From positions 1 through 24,586 of IMG/VR virus record IMGVR_UViG_3300017965_000073: a stretch of 24,586 bases of DNA. The stretch is one strand, 5' to 3'. Each line of letters begins with the position of its first letter. Position 1 is the stretch's first letter. Shown piece by piece: positions 24,163 through 24,586 of this stretch. The stretch is from a virus (lineage: Duplodnaviria; Caudoviricetes). A program made the translations under genes and the position numbers. The notes under the pieces were generated by a model. It was not told the DNA's origin. It saw only the letters and a list, made by a program, of their open reading frames with translations, and ran no database searches.

Positions 24163-24534
24163 CTAGATGACTGCAGGGTCGGAGCCGGGTCCCGTTACGG
24201 GGACACGGAGGAGCAGTGTACCTTCAAGCGGATTGGAGATACGCCCGGAGCCCTCGATTACCTCGATGTCCCAGACCAGATACAGTGGGGCATACAGGGT
24301 CGAGGTGTCGTCACCCCCGATCGATACCTCGATCATCCCGTTTGGGGCGTCGGTGATGTTTACCCCATTACCGCCGGTCGTCTTGACGATGGCGGCACTT
24401 GCGGCTGAGTCCTTCTTACGCCGCTTCGCGGTAAACGTAATCAGGGCCGACGTAAGGTTAACCGGCAGCTGGTTTCGCTGGATCTGGAAGTTCCAGGTCC
24501 GATCGTTACCCCGGTGGAGCTCCAACTTAATCAA
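24163..24534 (-). CDS. Putative baseplate/tail accessory protein (BppU N-terminal-like)
   Basis: RGNDRTWNFQI...PVNLT...FTAK...G.I.V....DT...WDIEV pattern; SD GGAGGT. Confidence 0.6.
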   Translation of the reverse strand: MIKLELHRGNDRTWNFQIQRNQLPVNLTSALITFTAKRRKKDSAASAAIVKTTGGNGVNITDAPNGMIEVSIGGDDTSTLYAPLYLVWDIEVIEGSGRISNPLEGTLLLRVPVTGPGSDPAVI

Positions 24535-24586
24535 CGAGCCTACCTCCCGTTTCCGGCTCGGCTGTTACAATTGCAGACGTGCCTCC

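Larger units (their letters stand above)
1..24586. mobile_element. Bacteriophage (or prophage) genome segment: replication/DNA-modification arm (+) converging on a structural/lysis arm (-)
   Basis: Tightly packed, translationally coupled small ORFs, UDG-PolA fusion, Cas4-like/AAA/DUF669 module, thyX, que genes, HNH and LAGLIDADG genes and tail-like proteins; no cellular housekeeping context. Confidence 0.88.

Overview
High-GC, gene-dense segment that reads as part of a tailed dsDNA phage genome; the host cannot be determined from sequence alone. Positions 1-21425 (+ strand) hold RNA, replication and DNA-modification genes. A sigma70-like promoter precedes a tandem array of five Y-RNA-like modules (constant Ro-binding stem, variable payload domain) and a Ro60/TROVE gene. 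Next come a Cas4-like exonuclease, AAA ATPase and DUF669/SSB recombination module, then a non-canonical tRNA-like RNA and a ~430-nt unidentified structured region. A 7-deazaguanine (preQ0) pathway follows: queC split by a group I intron carrying a LAGLIDADG endonuclease, queD, queE, a folE lacking an in-frame start (candidate -1 frameshift) and a TGT/DpdA-like gene. Also present are MazG-like, ThyX and Nmad1-like nucleotide-pool genes, a free-standing LAGLIDADG gene that duplicated the 5' end of a DJ-1/PfpI gene, and a UDG-family A DNA polymerase fusion. Positions 21502-24534 (- strand) hold a membrane protein and probable virion/tail genes. All calls come from motif recognition and manual base-pairing; no database searches were run.
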